The notes: generated by a model not told the origin, from the sequence alone. DNA of 64,000 nt from Planctomycetota bacterium (GCA_021831565.1 JAKBMM010000008.1:11964-75963), one strand, 5' to 3'; shown: positions 20,225 through 31,621, counted from the stretch's first letter. Numbers and translations are program-made.

Positions 20225-21676
20225 ATGTACTCGCTCGCCCAACCACGTCGTATACTTACCACTCTCTTTTTTCTTTTGGTTAGCTTAAGCGTCGGATCCA
20301 TTGCCGGGGCGCAATCGCTGGCCGCGCGAATGGCGGCGCTGCTCGCCTCCGGGCAGTTGCGCGGAGCGCAAGTGGGCGTCAACATGGTGGAACTAGGCCC
20401 GCGGGGGCCGGTGCCGGTCTATAGTTATCATCCCGATCTGCCGCTGATGCCGGGCAGCAACGGAAAATTGCTTACCACCGCGGCTGCGTTCGACCGGCTC
20501 GGCCCGCGCGCCGTGCTCAAAACCCGGCTTTACAGCGTCGGTAACGATCTGGTGATCGTGGGGGGAGGCGATCCGGCCCTGGGAGATCCGGTATTGTGCC
20601 AACGGGCCGGTTGGAAAGTCACCACGGTATTCGACCAATGGGCGGCGCGCCTCGCCGCGCTGCGCCGCACGCAATTCCATGATCTGATTGTAGATGATTA
20701 TATATTTAACCATCACTTTGTCAATTACAAGTGGCCGCGCAACGGCGGCCAGAGGCTCGACTGGTACGAAGCCCATGTCGGCGGGCTGAATTTCGCACTG
20801 AATTGCATTCAGTGGGCGCCGACGGTCCATGCCGATGGCGCCATCGGGGTGCGAATCATTCCCTCTTCCAGCTACACGCCGGTAACCATTGAAGCGCGGC
20901 GCGGTCCCGCCCAAAATGTATGGATGTGGCGGGCGCCGGGCCACGACCATTTCTTTCTCCGCGGCCAGGTGCGCCAGACCGGCGATTACCTGATGCAAAC
21001 CACCATTGTCGATCCGGGGCTCTATACCGGCGCGGTACTCCGCCGGTCCCTGGTGAAACACGGCGTGCGGATCACCGGCGTGGTGCGCCGGGGAACGCTG
21101 GCCAATATCTCCGCGACCCTCGGCGCCGATCCGCAACTGTTGGCCACTTATGAAACCCCGCTGCGGGCGATTCTTTACCGCGCCAATACCGACAGCATCA
21201 ACCTCATGGCCGAGGCTCTGTGCAAATTGCTTGGACACGACGCCACCGGGCAGCCGGGCAGTTGGGCCAATGGAACCGCCGCGGTGCGGGCCTACCTCCG
21301 TAAGCTGGGGATCCCAGGAAATCTTGTGCACATGGTCGATGGATCGGGACTTTCCCATGACGATCATATTGCCCCCGCGGCGATTACAACGGTGCTGGCG
21401 CATGTCGCTGGCGAGCGCGACGGCCGCGTTTTTATTGATAGCCTTTGCCGACCCGGTCACGGAACCCTCATCTACCGCTTCCGGGGTTCTCCGGTGGCTC
21501 GCCACGTGCGGGCCAAGGACGGTCATATTGATGGAGCGTCCACTCTCAGCGGCTATCTGTTCGTACACGGACACACTTTTGTCTTTTCGATCATGTGCAA
21601 CTACTATCATGGCAACGTCAACCCATGGCAGGATCAGGTGGTCGAAGCGCTTTATTATTGGGCCGGCGGAAGATAG
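20225..21676 (+). CDS. dacB: D-alanyl-D-alanine carboxypeptidase/endopeptidase (PBP4, peptidase S13)
   Basis: Signal peptide; SxxK (PGSNGK), GGGDPAL, SxN (DSIN), DGSGLS; third motif reads KDG. Confidence 0.9.
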   Translation: MYSLAQPRRILTTLFFLLVSLSVGSIAGAQSLAARMAALLASGQLRGAQVGVNMVELGPRGPVPVYSYHPDLPLMPGSNGKLLTTAAAFDRLGPRAVLKTRLYSVGNDLVIVGGGDPALGDPVLCQRAGWKVTTVFDQWAARLAALRRTQFHDLIVDDYIFNHHFVNYKWPRNGGQRLDWYEAHVGGLNFALNCIQWAPTVHADGAIGVRIIPSSSYTPVTIEARRGPAQNVWMWRAPGHDHFFLRGQVRQTGDYLMQTTIVDPGLYTGAVLRRSLVKHGVRITGVVRRGTLANISATLGADPQLLATYETPLRAILYRANTDSINLMAEALCKLLGHDATGQPGSWANGTAAVRAYLRKLGIPGNLVHMVDGSGLSHDDHIAPAAITTVLAHVAGERDGRVFIDSLCRPGHGTLIYRFRGSPVARHVRAKDGHIDGASTLSGYLFVHGHTFVFSIMCNYYHGNVNPWQDQVVEALYYWAGGR

Positions 21677-21800
21677 TGATCCGAGTGCGCTGGCGGCAGC
21701 CCCATTTTTTCCGTTGATCCCGGCGCGCCGGGATAGACCTTTACCACGCGCCGGAATCAGCCCCGCGGTGGGTTTGGCCAAGTGCCTATCCGAATAACTA

Positions 21801-23111
21801 ATGGATGAACCATCCCAACAACTCGTTGAATTCGTCGTATCCGCCCGTGCTGTCCTGATTGATCCGTGGGAACTGGTTGGGGACGGCGCCGTCGCCATCG
21901 GCGGGGGGAGGATATTGCATCTCGGCCGGCGTCGCGCTGTTCTCCGCCGATTTTCCGGCGTAAAGGAATTCAGCTTCCAATCCCATCTGCTTCTTCCCGG
22001 CCTGGTCAATGCCCATACGCATCTTGAACTGAGTTTTCTGGCCGGAAAAATACCGCCGCCCGCGCATTTTACCGACTGGGTATTGGCGTTGATGGCGGCG
22101 TATCCCCATGCCGCCGGAGCCAGGAAAATTATCGCGGCCGCGGCGCATACCGGCGCCCACCAAAGCATGAAATCCGGCGTCACCACCGTGGGAGATATTT
22201 CCCGTTACGCCGCCATAAGCCGCGCCGCGCTGCGCCGCGGCCCGCTGCGCGTGGTCAGTTTCGGAGAAATCACCGCCTTGGGACGGTCGCGCCGCCGGCT
22301 GGCCGGGCGCCTGCGCCGCGCCGCCGCCGCCACGCTGCAAAGCGATTGGGTTACCATCGGCCTTTCTCCCCACGCGCCTTATTCCGTCGAAGGACCCGCG
22401 CTGAAAAAAATTGTGGAAGTGGCGGAACGTCGCCGGCTTCCGCTGGCAATGCACTTGGCGGAACTCTCCGAAGAACGTGAATTTCTCGCGTCGCTGGGTG
22501 GTCCGCTGGGTTGCCGGTGGGAATTCATGCGGAAAATGAATCTCCTTGATGAACGCATCCCGTTATTTGCCGGCGGACCGCTCGCCTGGGCCGGCCATTA
22601 CGGCCTGTTGAACGCCTCCGTGCCCCTGCTTCTGGCCCACGTCAATTACGTCGATCAGGCCGACCTGGAACTCCTGGCCCGAAGCCGGGCGACGGTGGCG
22701 CTGTGCCCGCGAACCCGCCATTATTTCGGTCACGAGAGTCGTGCCCCCCACCGTTGGCGGGATATGTTGGCGCGGGGAATCAATGTGTGCCTGGCGACCG
22801 ATTCCCTGGCCAGCAATCCCGATCTTTGCGTTCTGCGCGAGGCGCAATTTGTACGACAGCGGGAACCGGATGCGGACGTGCAGGAATTATTCGCCATGCT
22901 TACCACCCGTCCGGCGCGGGCGCTGGGTTTGGAAAATGCCATCGGCCGGCTCGCCCCCGGTTTTCGCGCCGACATGCTTGCGGTCGAAATACCGGCAAAA
23001 GAACCACTCTCTATCCGTTCCGCGCTCGAACGGATCATCCGCGCCGCGCCGCTGCCCGCCGCCGTCTGGATCAACGGCCGGGCGATTTTCGACCGCGCGG
23101 GGGAGCGGTAA
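21801..23111 (+). CDS. metal-dependent amidohydrolase (MTA/SAH or aminodeoxyfutalosine deaminase-like)
   Basis: PGLVNAHTHLE, SPHAPYS, MHLAE, CPR, ATDSLASN, GRLAPGFRAD. Confidence 0.85.
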   Translation: MDEPSQQLVEFVVSARAVLIDPWELVGDGAVAIGGGRILHLGRRRAVLRRFSGVKEFSFQSHLLLPGLVNAHTHLELSFLAGKIPPPAHFTDWVLALMAAYPHAAGARKIIAAAAHTGAHQSMKSGVTTVGDISRYAAISRAALRRGPLRVVSFGEITALGRSRRRLAGRLRRAAAATLQSDWVTIGLSPHAPYSVEGPALKKIVEVAERRRLPLAMHLAELSEEREFLASLGGPLGCRWEFMRKMNLLDERIPLFAGGPLAWAGHYGLLNASVPLLLAHVNYVDQADLELLARSRATVALCPRTRHYFGHESRAPHRWRDMLARGINVCLATDSLASNPDLCVLREAQFVRQREPDADVQELFAMLTTRPARALGLENAIGRLAPGFRADMLAVEIPAKEPLSIRSALERIIRAAPLPAAVWINGRAIFDRAGER

Positions 23112-23161
23112 TGCCGCTGGCGAGTAGGGCGTGGTTTTCCACCTCCGGCCCCTTATTGGGA

Positions 23162-25099
23162 TCATGAACCACCCCCGGCTGAATCGACGCGTTGCTTGAT
23201 GGCCGCGATGGCCTGCATGATCTGATCGGTCACCATTTGCAGTGTAGCATGGTCGCGGCGCCGGTGGCGCAAATGGCCGAAACGCAGGGGAGCTCCGAAA
23301 TGAACCACAAGGGTCGCCCGCTGGAGAAAATCTCGTGTGATACTCTGGCATGGCCTTGTCCCGCTGATATATACGGGTACCACCGGCGCGCCGGAAAGAA
23401 GGGCCAGCATGGCGATACCGGGCTTGCCAGGCCGGAGAGTATGATCCGCGCTGATGCCGCCTTCCGGAAATACTCCCAACACCGCCTCTTGACGCAAGGC
23501 CCGCAGGGCGGCGCGAACGCTGGTGGCATCGGCGGCGGAGCGATTGACGGGAATACAGCCGATCCAGCGGCAGAGCCGCCCCACGATGGGCCTCTGGTAA
23601 TATTCGCGGGCCACCATGAAACGAATCAGACGCCGCCGGCTGCCGATGATCAGGGCCAGGGGATCAAGCCCGCTGGTATGGTTGGCCGCCACAATCACCG
23701 GGCCGGTCGTGGGAATGCGGCAGGCGCCGGCCAGCCGCCAGCGGTGCCAGAGAGTCAGATAGACGGCGATGATTCGCCGGCCCACCGCCTGGCCCCAGGG
23801 CAGAGAAGGGCGCCGGTAATAAAGCGTCAGCAACCAGATTCCCAGCAAGCTGATCGCTGCACCCGTGGCCAGGATGATGCGGGGTATCCACGCGTCGATA
23901 TGGGGCCAGATCGCCAGGGGAACAGTCGGCGCCAGCAGACCGAAGGTGGTGATTAAATCGCGCGCGCCCATGATGCGGCCGCGGACATAATCGGGGAGCA
24001 GTCGCTGGAGCAGAGTATCGACGCTGATGAACATCACCGCCCCAAACGCGGCCGCCACGATCAATGCCGCCAGCAGCACCGGCCAGGTGGGCGCGAAGTG
24101 CCCCAAAACAAGACCCAGTCCGATCATCACCGTGGCCCAGCCAATGCCCACTTCCTTGGGTATGCCGCGCCGCGCCCGGCTCACGGCGGCGGCGCCGAGG
24201 ATCATGCCGCCGCCGGCTATGCCCATAAACCATCCGAAGTATTTATCAGGCAGATGAAACTGCTTGGTGACGATGGAAGGCAGGCAGTTGAGGACCACCG
24301 CGCTGGACGTGGTGAAGGCCAGCTCCAGGAGAATCGCCTGGAACGGTCGAACGTGGCCGCGGAGATACTTGATCGCGGCGTTCAACTCGGCCCGCAGGCC
24401 GGGGCCGCGCCGCGCCGGTGCGGGGCGGTCCATGCCCGGCGCCATACGCATAGAATATACAAATGTAGCTGATAGAATGTAAGTCGCCGCGTCGGCGTAC
24501 ATGGCGTAATCGAGACGCCAGATGATCAGCAGTGATCCGAGAACAAAACCGATTAAAGTGAAAATAGTGCCGACGACGGAAATGATGGAATTGGCCTGAA
24601 GCAACTCGGTGGGGTGCACAAGATTGGGAAGAATCGCCGCCCGCGCCGGGGAAAACAGTTCCCCGAAGCTCGAAAGCAGCAGCTCGGAACCGAAGAGCAG
24701 CAAGAGCAGCTCGCCCACCGGCAGGTCGCCGCGGTACGCCGCCACCAGCAGCACGGTCCGCGCGACAATTACAATCACCACGCGGGCCAGATCGCAGGTG
24801 ATCATCACCCAGCGGCGGGGCAGCCGGTCCGACACGATTCCGCCCAGCGGCGCCAGCAGCAGAAACGGCAAAAACATAGCCAGGTTCAGTTGGGCGTTCT
24901 GCTGGGCGCCGTACGTCTTGAGCTTGAGGATGACCACGCAGAGCAGTTGGAGCATCACCAGAAAATGGATGCGATCGCCGAGCACCGAAACCACGTAAGC
25001 CAGCCATAGCAGCAGGAAGTTTCTGTTGCGCACCAGCGGTGGGAAGTCTTTGAGCAGGGGCGTATTGGAGGTTTTCTGCAACGCATGGGTCTGAGTCAT
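23162..25099 (-). CDS. MFS transporter fused to a lysophospholipid acyltransferase (PlsC-like) domain
   Basis: MFS N-part (RNRNFLLLW, GIVSDRLPRR, multiple TMs); C-terminal NHTSGLD (HX4D), IPVNR, VFPEGG. Confidence 0.88.
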   Translation of the reverse strand: MTQTHALQKTSNTPLLKDFPPLVRNRNFLLLWLAYVVSVLGDRIHFLVMLQLLCVVILKLKTYGAQQNAQLNLAMFLPFLLLAPLGGIVSDRLPRRWVMITCDLARVVIVIVARTVLLVAAYRGDLPVGELLLLLFGSELLLSSFGELFSPARAAILPNLVHPTELLQANSIISVVGTIFTLIGFVLGSLLIIWRLDYAMYADAATYILSATFVYSMRMAPGMDRPAPARRGPGLRAELNAAIKYLRGHVRPFQAILLELAFTTSSAVVLNCLPSIVTKQFHLPDKYFGWFMGIAGGGMILGAAAVSRARRGIPKEVGIGWATVMIGLGLVLGHFAPTWPVLLAALIVAAAFGAVMFISVDTLLQRLLPDYVRGRIMGARDLITTFGLLAPTVPLAIWPHIDAWIPRIILATGAAISLLGIWLLTLYYRRPSLPWGQAVGRRIIAVYLTLWHRWRLAGACRIPTTGPVIVAANHTSGLDPLALIIGSRRRLIRFMVAREYYQRPIVGRLCRWIGCIPVNRSAADATSVRAALRALRQEAVLGVFPEGGISADHTLRPGKPGIAMLALLSGAPVVPVYISGTRPCQSITRDFLQRATLVVHFGAPLRFGHLRHRRRDHATLQMVTDQIMQAIAAIKQRVDSAGGGS

Positions 25100-25305
25100 T
25101 ATTTTCCCGCAGGCGACGGTGCAATCGGAATCATTACTGCAAACTTTACCCTTGGAGTTGATTGTCGGCGGCGTTGGTGATTGTTTCAAGACGCGGCTGG
25201 AGTCATGTGCCCCCGCCCACTTTCGTCCCGGCGACCTTTGTGATAAAAATTAACAAGTTTTGTTCCGAATTACTCCCTGGCGGATGGACCGGAGGATCGT
25301 TGTTC

Positions 25306-28300
25306 ATGCCCAAACGAACCGACATTCATAGCATCCTCATCGTCGGTTCCGGCCCCATTGTCATCGGGCAGGGTTGTGAATTCGATTACTCCGGCACACA
25401 GGCCTGCAAGGCCCTCAAAGAAGAGGGGTATCGGATTATTCTCGTCAATTCCAATCCCGCCACCATTATGACCGATCCGGAAATGGCCGACCGTACCTAC
25501 ATTGAGCCGATCACCGTCGAAGCCATCAGCAAGGTCATCGAAAAGGAGCGCCCGGACGCTCTGCTGCCCACTCTGGGCGGCCAGACGGGATTAAACGTAT
25601 CGGTTGCCCTGGCCGATGCCGGCATACTGGAGCGTTTCGGCGTGCGGATGATCGGCGCGACGCGCGAGGCGATTCATCGCGGGGAAGACCGGCGAAAATT
25701 CAAGCGGATCATGGAAGAGATCGGCCTTAAAGTTCCGCACAGCGGTCTGGCTTACAATATGCCCCAGGCCCGGCGGGTGGTGCGGGACACCGGTCTGCCG
25801 TGCATTATCCGGGCGTCCTTTACGCTGGGCGGCACCGGCTCGGGAATCGCCTGGAACATGGAGGAATTTGAAACCCTCGCCCCGCGCGGTCTGGACGCCT
25901 CCATGATCAGCGAAATCCAGATCGATCAGTCGCTGATCGGCTGGAAAGAATATGAGTTGGAAGTGATGCGCGACCGCGCCGACAACGTTGTTGTTGTGTG
26001 CGGCATTGAAAACTTCGATCCCATGGGGGTGCATACCGGTGATTCCATCACCGTGGCGCCCATTCAAACGCTCACCGACAAGGAATACCAGCGCATGCGC
26101 GACGCCGGCATCGCCGTGATTCGCGCGATCGGCGTGGAAACCGGCGGCTCGAACATCCAGTTTGCCGTCAACCCCGATAACGGCCAGATGGTGGTCATTG
26201 AGATGAACCCGCGCGTCTCGCGCTCCTCCGCCCTGGCCAGCAAGGCCACCGGCTTCCCCATTGCCCGCATCGCCGCCAAGCTGGCTGTTGGTTATACGCT
26301 TGACGAACTTCCCAATGATATTACCCGCCGAACGGTGGCGTGCTTTGAACCGTCGATCGATTACGTGGTGGTGAAAATCCCGCGCTGGACGTTCGAGAAA
26401 TTTCCCGACGCCGATGAAACTCTCACTACTCAAATGAAGAGCGTCGGCGAAGCGATGAGCATTGGCCGCACGTTCAAAGAAGCCTTGCAAAAAGGCATCC
26501 GATCAATGGAGGTTAAGCGTTTCGGTTTGGGACTGGATCGCATCGACAAATGGTGGCGGCGGCAGGGCGCCGAAATGACCGCCCCGGCTCCGGCCGCGGG
26601 GGCGCCCCTCGGCGAGAGGGGCGTTATTGTCACTCGCACCGCCGCTATGGAAGAGTCGGCGCGGGAATGGCCCATCCCGGAGGAAATATTGATCCGCAAG
26701 CTTTCTGTACCGTCGCAGGGCCGGATTTATTACATTCGTTACGCTTTCAAAATGGGGCTTTCCATCGATCGTGTGCAGGCGCTGACGAAAATCGACCGTT
26801 GGTTTCTCCGGCAGATTAAGCAACTGATCGATTTTGAAAATGAACTGCTGGCCGGGCGCGCCGCGGCGGCCGACTTCATGGCCGGCCGAAGCGGTGCCGC
26901 GCCGCCGCGGGAATTCACCGATCTTCTGCGCCGCGCCAAGGAATGGGGCTATTCCGACGTGCAACTCGCCACCGTATGGTCGCTGCTTCCCGGACAGATT
27001 CGGGCGATGCGCCAACGCCTGGATATTGAGCCGGTCTATAAACTGGTGGATACATGCGCGGCGGAGTTCGAGGCCGCCACGCCGTACTATTATTCCACCT
27101 ACGAAAAGCCCATCGTCCACTGGCGACCCGACGGCGTCACCAAGCGGGTGGACGACGAAGCACGCATAAGCGAGCGAAAAAAAATCATTATCCTCGGCGG
27201 CGGGCCCAATCGCATCGGCCAGGGCATCGAGTTTGATTACTGCTGCGTGCAGGCCGCGTTTGCCTGCCGGGAGTTGGGACTCGAAAGCGTGATGATCAAT
27301 TCCAACCCGGAAACGGTCAGCACCGACTACGACACCTCCGATCTGCTGTTTTTTGAGCCGCTTACACACGAAGACGTGCTGAACATTGTGGAGCGGCTCA
27401 ACGGCCGTCCGCTCTCCCAGGCCGGCGGCCTGGTGCAGGGCGTGATTGTGCAGTTCGGCGGCCAGACGCCGTTGAATCTCGCCCGCGGTCTCAAGGACGC
27501 CGGGGTGCCCATCATCGGCACCACCGTGGAATCCATCGAGGCCGCTGAGGATCGGGAACAATTCAATCGTCTGATTGTGTCGCTGGGTTTGCGCCAACCG
27601 GACGGCGGCATCGCCCGCAGCGCCGAAGAAGCGCGGAAGGTGGCGGCGGGCATCGGTTATCCGGTGCTGGTGCGGCCGTCTTATGTGCTCGGCGGGCGGG
27701 CGATGGAAATTGTTTCCAATGAAGACCAGTTGGCATATTACATCCGCCATGCCGTGGAAGTCGCCGACGAACACCCCATTCTGATCGATCGCTTCCTGGG
27801 CGACGCGACGGAAGTGGATGTGGACGCCATCGGCGACGGAACCGATTACCGGGTCATCGGTGTGATGGAACACATCGAAGAGGCGGGAATTCACTCCGGC
27901 GATTCGGCTTGCTCGTTGCCGCCCTTCAGCCTGCCGCCGCAGATGATCGAGCAGATTCGCCGCAACACCCTGGCCCTGGCCCGTGCGCTGCGGGTCCGCG
28001 GTCTGATGAACGTGCAGTTCGCCGTCAAGAGCGATACGGTTTACGTGCTGGAAGTGAATCCCCGCGCCAGCCGGACGGTTCCGTTTGTAAGCAAGACCAC
28101 CGGCGTGTCATGGGCGCGCGTCGCCGCCAGAATCATGTGCGGTCAATCGCTGCGGGAGCAGAACCTGCCGTCCGAAGCGGTTCCCCTGCGCCACGTCGCC
28201 GTCAAGGAAAGCGTTTTCCCCTTTAACAAGTTTCCCGGGGTAGACGTGATTCTCGGACCGGAGATGCGCTCTACCGGCGAGGTCATGGGCATCGATCGCA

Positions 28301-28821
28301 CATTCCCGGTGGCTTATGCGAAATCCCAGATGGCCGCCAACTGCAGCCTGCCGCTGCGCGGTACGGTCTACATTTCGGTGCGCGACACGGATAAACAAGC
28401 GATCGTTGAACCGGCGCGCAAGCTGGCCGCGGTGGGTTTCGACCTGATTGGCACCGGCGGAACACACCGGGTTCTTACCGCCGCCGGCATTGCTTGTCGG
28501 CGAATCAACAAAATTCCGGAAGGCCGGCCGAATATCATCGATGCCATCAAGAATCGGCGGGTGGACCTGCTGATCAATACGCCCACCAACAAGGGGCCGA
28601 CCACGGATGAGGGCCGCATTCGTGCGGCGGCGATCTTGTATAAAATTCCGATCATCACCACCGTCACCGGCGCCGCGGCGGCCGCCGCCGCCATCCTGAG
28701 TCTCAAACAGGGCGAGTGGTCGGTCCAGTGTATTCAGGAATATTATGCCGAGATGGCCGAAGCTTCCGCGATTCGCTCCGTCGGCGGTCCCTCTCGGGAA
28801 ACAGTGGAATTTTCGGTTTAA
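25306..28821 (+). CDS. carB: carbamoyl-phosphate synthase large subunit
   Basis: [30 protein letters not shown], duplicated ATP-grasp halves, [13 protein letters not shown]-terminal MGS domain. Confidence 0.97.
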   Translation: MPKRTDIHSILIVGSGPIVIGQGCEFDYSGTQACKALKEEGYRIILVNSNPATIMTDPEMADRTYIEPITVEAISKVIEKERPDALLPTLGGQTGLNVSVALADAGILERFGVRMIGATREAIHRGEDRRKFKRIMEEIGLKVPHSGLAYNMPQARRVVRDTGLPCIIRASFTLGGTGSGIAWNMEEFETLAPRGLDASMISEIQIDQSLIGWKEYELEVMRDRADNVVVVCGIENFDPMGVHTGDSITVAPIQTLTDKEYQRMRDAGIAVIRAIGVETGGSNIQFAVNPDNGQMVVIEMNPRVSRSSALASKATGFPIARIAAKLAVGYTLDELPNDITRRTVACFEPSIDYVVVKIPRWTFEKFPDADETLTTQMKSVGEAMSIGRTFKEALQKGIRSMEVKRFGLGLDRIDKWWRRQGAEMTAPAPAAGAPLGERGVIVTRTAAMEESAREWPIPEEILIRKLSVPSQGRIYYIRYAFKMGLSIDRVQALTKIDRWFLRQIKQLIDFENELLAGRAAAADFMAGRSGAAPPREFTDLLRRAKEWGYSDVQLATVWSLLPGQIRAMRQRLDIEPVYKLVDTCAAEFEAATPYYYSTYEKPIVHWRPDGVTKRVDDEARISERKKIIILGGGPNRIGQGIEFDYCCVQAAFACRELGLESVMINSNPETVSTDYDTSDLLFFEPLTHEDVLNIVERLNGRPLSQAGGLVQGVIVQFGGQTPLNLARGLKDAGVPIIGTTVESIEAAEDREQFNRLIVSLGLRQPDGGIARSAEEARKVAAGIGYPVLVRPSYVLGGRAMEIVSNEDQLAYYIRHAVEVADEHPILIDRFLGDATEVDVDAIGDGTDYRVIGVMEHIEEAGIHSGDSACSLPPFSLPPQMIEQIRRNTLALARALRVRGLMNVQFAVKSDTVYVLEVNPRASRTVPFVSKTTGVSWARVAARIMCGQSLREQNLPSEAVPLRHVAVKESVFPFNKFPGVDVILGPEMRSTGEVMGIDRTFPVAYAKSQMAANCSLPLRGTVYISVRDTDKQAIVEPARKLAAVGFDLIGTGGTHRVLTAAGIACRRINKIPEGRPNIIDAIKNRRVDLLINTPTNKGPTTDEGRIRAAAILYKIPIITTVTGAAAAAAAILSLKQGEWSVQCIQEYYAEMAEASAIRSVGGPSRETVEFSV

Positions 28822-28851
28822 TTAACCCATAATGTCCGACTAGGATGAATC

Positions 28852-29646
28852 ATGCGTAAATTTTTAATCGCCGGCAACTGGAAAATGAACCTCACCGGGG
28901 CGGAAAGTTCACGTCTGGCCCGCGAGTTGGCGGCGCAACTTCCCGCCGGTTGCCCGGCGGAAACAGCGATTATTCCCTCTCTGGTGCATCTGCAAGCGGT
29001 GCGCCGGGAGATTGCCGATACGCCGATCAAGCTTGGAGCCCAGAACGTTTACTGGGAAAAGAAGGGGGCGTTCACCGGTGAAGTAAGCGCGGCTATGCTT
29101 AAAGAAATCGGCGTCGCCTTCGTGCTGGTTGGACATTCGGAGCGGCGGCACATTATCGGAGAAACCGATGCACTCCTGAATAAAAAAACTTGCGCGGTCA
29201 TTGACGAAGGATTGACCGTGATTCTCTGTGTGGGTGAACGGCTCGAAGAAAGACAAGGCAATCAAACGATGGAGGTAATCGGCCGCCAGATTAACGCCTC
29301 TCTGGCTGGTGTAGCGCCGCAAGCGGTGGCTAAAGAACAGGTTGTGATTGCCTATGAGCCGGTTTGGGCTATTGGAACCGGACTGACGGCTACGCCTCGG
29401 CAGGCCCAGGAGGTTCATGCTTTCATCCGCGCTCGCCTGGGCGAACTTTATGGACTGCAAGCGGCCGCGACGATTCGCATTCAATACGGCGGGTCGGTCA
29501 AAAAGACCAACGCGGCGGAACTGTTGTCCCAGCCGGATATTGACGGTCTGCTCGTGGGTGGAGCGAGCCTGGCGGCGGACGAGTTTATCGGAATTGTTCA
29601 GGCCGCGCGAACGGCCAAAACGGACCGTGCGGTCGCAATCGGTTGA
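28852..29646 (+). CDS. tpiA: triosephosphate isomerase
   Basis: AGNWKMN, GHSERR, AYEPVWAIGTG, YGGSV, LVGGASL. Confidence 0.98.
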   Translation: MRKFLIAGNWKMNLTGAESSRLARELAAQLPAGCPAETAIIPSLVHLQAVRREIADTPIKLGAQNVYWEKKGAFTGEVSAAMLKEIGVAFVLVGHSERRHIIGETDALLNKKTCAVIDEGLTVILCVGERLEERQGNQTMEVIGRQINASLAGVAPQAVAKEQVVIAYEPVWAIGTGLTATPRQAQEVHAFIRARLGELYGLQAAATIRIQYGGSVKKTNAAELLSQPDIDGLLVGGASLAADEFIGIVQAARTAKTDRAVAIG

Positions 29647-29659
29647 TCCGGAGTTTTTC

Positions 29660-29992
29660 ATGCTCACATCGTTCCTCACCGCTCTTTTCGCCTTGCTTAG
29701 CGTACTGCTGATTCTAATTGTACTGATTCAGCGCGGTCGCGGCGGCGGACTGATCGGCGCCTTCGGCGCCGGTGGCGGCGGGTCGGCTTTCGGCACCAAA
29801 ACCGGCGACGTATTTACCACAGTCACTGTGGTTTTTTTTGTTCTGTTTTTGTTGCTGGCGATCTGGCTCAACTGGCGCGTGCAGGACCACGCCAAACCAC
29901 TGGTCCATACCGCCGTTCCCGTTTCCACTTCCCTTCCTCATGGCAAAGGTGCCGCCGCCGCTCCCGCGGCGCATCGGCCGCCGTCCCGATAA
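29660..29992 (+). CDS. secG: preprotein translocase subunit SecG
   Basis: Two TM helices around LIQRGRGGGLIGAFG...AFGTKTGDVFT; follows tpiA. Confidence 0.92.
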   Translation: MLTSFLTALFALLSVLLILIVLIQRGRGGGLIGAFGAGGGGSAFGTKTGDVFTTVTVVFFVLFLLLAIWLNWRVQDHAKPLVHTAVPVSTSLPHGKGAAAAPAAHRPPSR

Positions 29993-30010
29993 CCCGCAGT
30001 TGGAGCACCC

Positions 30011-30916
30011 ATGATACTTAGCATGACCGGTTACGGACGCTCCAATGCCGAGCACCCCGACATTTCCTGCCAGGTGGAAATACGATCCGTCAATAACCGT
30101 TTTTTGAAAACCGTGATTCGTCTGCCCGACGATATGGCCGATTGCGAAGTGGAAATCGAGCGGCGGTTGCGGGAAAAACTCGGCCGCGGCGCGATAACGG
30201 TGACGGTATCGGCCGTGCGTCCGGAATCCGCCGCGGCGGCCCCGGTGAACCTGGCGGCGGCCCGATTGTATCTGGAACAACTGCTTTCGCTGGCGCAAGG
30301 CGTCTGGCGGGAAAAGCCCGATCACGCCGCCTTGACCATTGATCTGGCGCAGATACTTTCTCTGCCGGGCGTATGCCTGCCCAGCCACTCGAATGAAGAA
30401 GAGGCGCTGCGGCAACGGGCGCTGGTTCTACGATTGACCGACGAAGCGATCGCGCAGTTGCTGCAGATGCGCCGCCGGGAAGGCCAGGCTTTGTGGCGGG
30501 ACCTGCGCGAACAGTTGGCCGCCATTGGCGAGGCGCTGGAAAACATTCGCCGCCAGGCGCCGGCGGCGGCCCGGCAATATCATGAACGGCTGCGGGCGCG
30601 GGTGCTCCAGCTTGTCCATGAAGCCAAACTCTCGCTGAGCGATTCGGATCTGCTGCGGGAAGTGGCGCTGTTTTCGGAACGGGCGGATATCAGCGAGGAA
30701 TTGACCCGCCTGGCCGCGCACCTGGATCATTTCACTCAGGTAACGCAAGCCGACGAGTCGCAGGTCGGACGAACGCTGGATTTCATCGCCCAGGAAATGT
30801 TGCGCGAGACCAACACCATCGGCAGCAAGTGCAGCGACGGCCAGTTGGCGCGCTGGACGCTGCAGATCAAGGAAGCGATCAACCGCGTCAAGGAACAGGT
30901 TCAGAATGTGCAATGA
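30011..30916 (+). CDS. yicC: YicC/YloC family endoribonuclease
   Basis: MILSMTGYG, EIRSVNNRFL, DISEELTRL, GRTLDFIAQEMLRETNTIGSK, KEQVQNVQ. Confidence 0.95.
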   Translation: MILSMTGYGRSNAEHPDISCQVEIRSVNNRFLKTVIRLPDDMADCEVEIERRLREKLGRGAITVTVSAVRPESAAAAPVNLAAARLYLEQLLSLAQGVWREKPDHAALTIDLAQILSLPGVCLPSHSNEEEALRQRALVLRLTDEAIAQLLQMRRREGQALWRDLREQLAAIGEALENIRRQAPAAARQYHERLRARVLQLVHEAKLSLSDSDLLREVALFSERADISEELTRLAAHLDHFTQVTQADESQVGRTLDFIAQEMLRETNTIGSKCSDGQLARWTLQIKEAINRVKEQVQNVQ

Positions 30917-31608
30917 CCATGAAGTCAACAGGGCTGCTTTTATTCATTTCCGGACCGTCCGGCGTCGGCAAATCAACCATCTGCCGGCGGCTGGCGCGGG
31001 AACTGCCGGCTTCCTTCGCGCTTTCCGCCACCACGCGCCCCCGCAAGCCCCAGGATAAACAGGCAAAAAGATATATATTTATAGATGAATATGAATTTCG
31101 CCGGCGTCGCGAATCCGGCGATTTTCTTGAATATGCCCGGGTGTTCGGCCATTGGTATGGAACGCTCCGGCAACCCGTGGTCGCGGCCCTGGCGCGCGGC
31201 CGGACCGTCCTGCTGGAAATTGACGTCCAGGGTGGCAGGCAAGTGTCCGGACTTTTTCCGGCGGCGGTGGGAATTTTCATTCTTCCGCCGAGCGCGCGGG
31301 AGCTTGCCCGCCGGCTTACCAGCCGGGGGCGCGATGAGCCGGATGTGATTCGCCGGCGAATCGCCCGGGCCCAGCGGGAAATTCGGGAGGCCAGGCTCTC
31401 GGGCGCCTACCCGCACATGGTGATGAACAACGAATTGGATCAAACGGTGCAAACGCTTATCCGTCTCGTGCGTGATTACCAGTCAGAGGCGGGAAATTCT
31501 GATGCGGACTTGCGTTCCCGTCCCGCTTTATCCTCGCGCTTGCATAAAGAGTCCGGCCATCCCGGCAATAGTCCGCGTGGCCGCCGGGCGGGTCCGCCGC
31601 CATCCTGA
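30913..31608 (+). CDS. gmk: guanylate kinase
   Basis: SGPSGVGKST P-loop, SATTRPRK, FLEYA, WYGT, LEIDVQG, FILPPS; ATGA overlap with yicC; extended C-terminal tail. Confidence 0.95.
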   Translation: MTMKSTGLLLFISGPSGVGKSTICRRLARELPASFALSATTRPRKPQDKQAKRYIFIDEYEFRRRRESGDFLEYARVFGHWYGTLRQPVVAALARGRTVLLEIDVQGGRQVSGLFPAAVGIFILPPSARELARRLTSRGRDEPDVIRRRIARAQREIREARLSGAYPHMVMNNELDQTVQTLIRLVRDYQSEAGNSDADLRSRPALSSRLHKESGHPGNSPRGRRAGPPPS

Positions 31609-31621
31609 TAATTATCGGGAT
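31602..31621. repeat. short palindromic repeat, copy 3
   Basis: ATCCTGATAATTATCGGGAT; contains the gmk TGA stop (31606-31608). Confidence 0.7.

Noticed and set aside
26551..26680. Possible intein in carB
   Set aside because: Too short and lacks intein termini (N-terminal Cys/Ser, C-terminal His-Asn)
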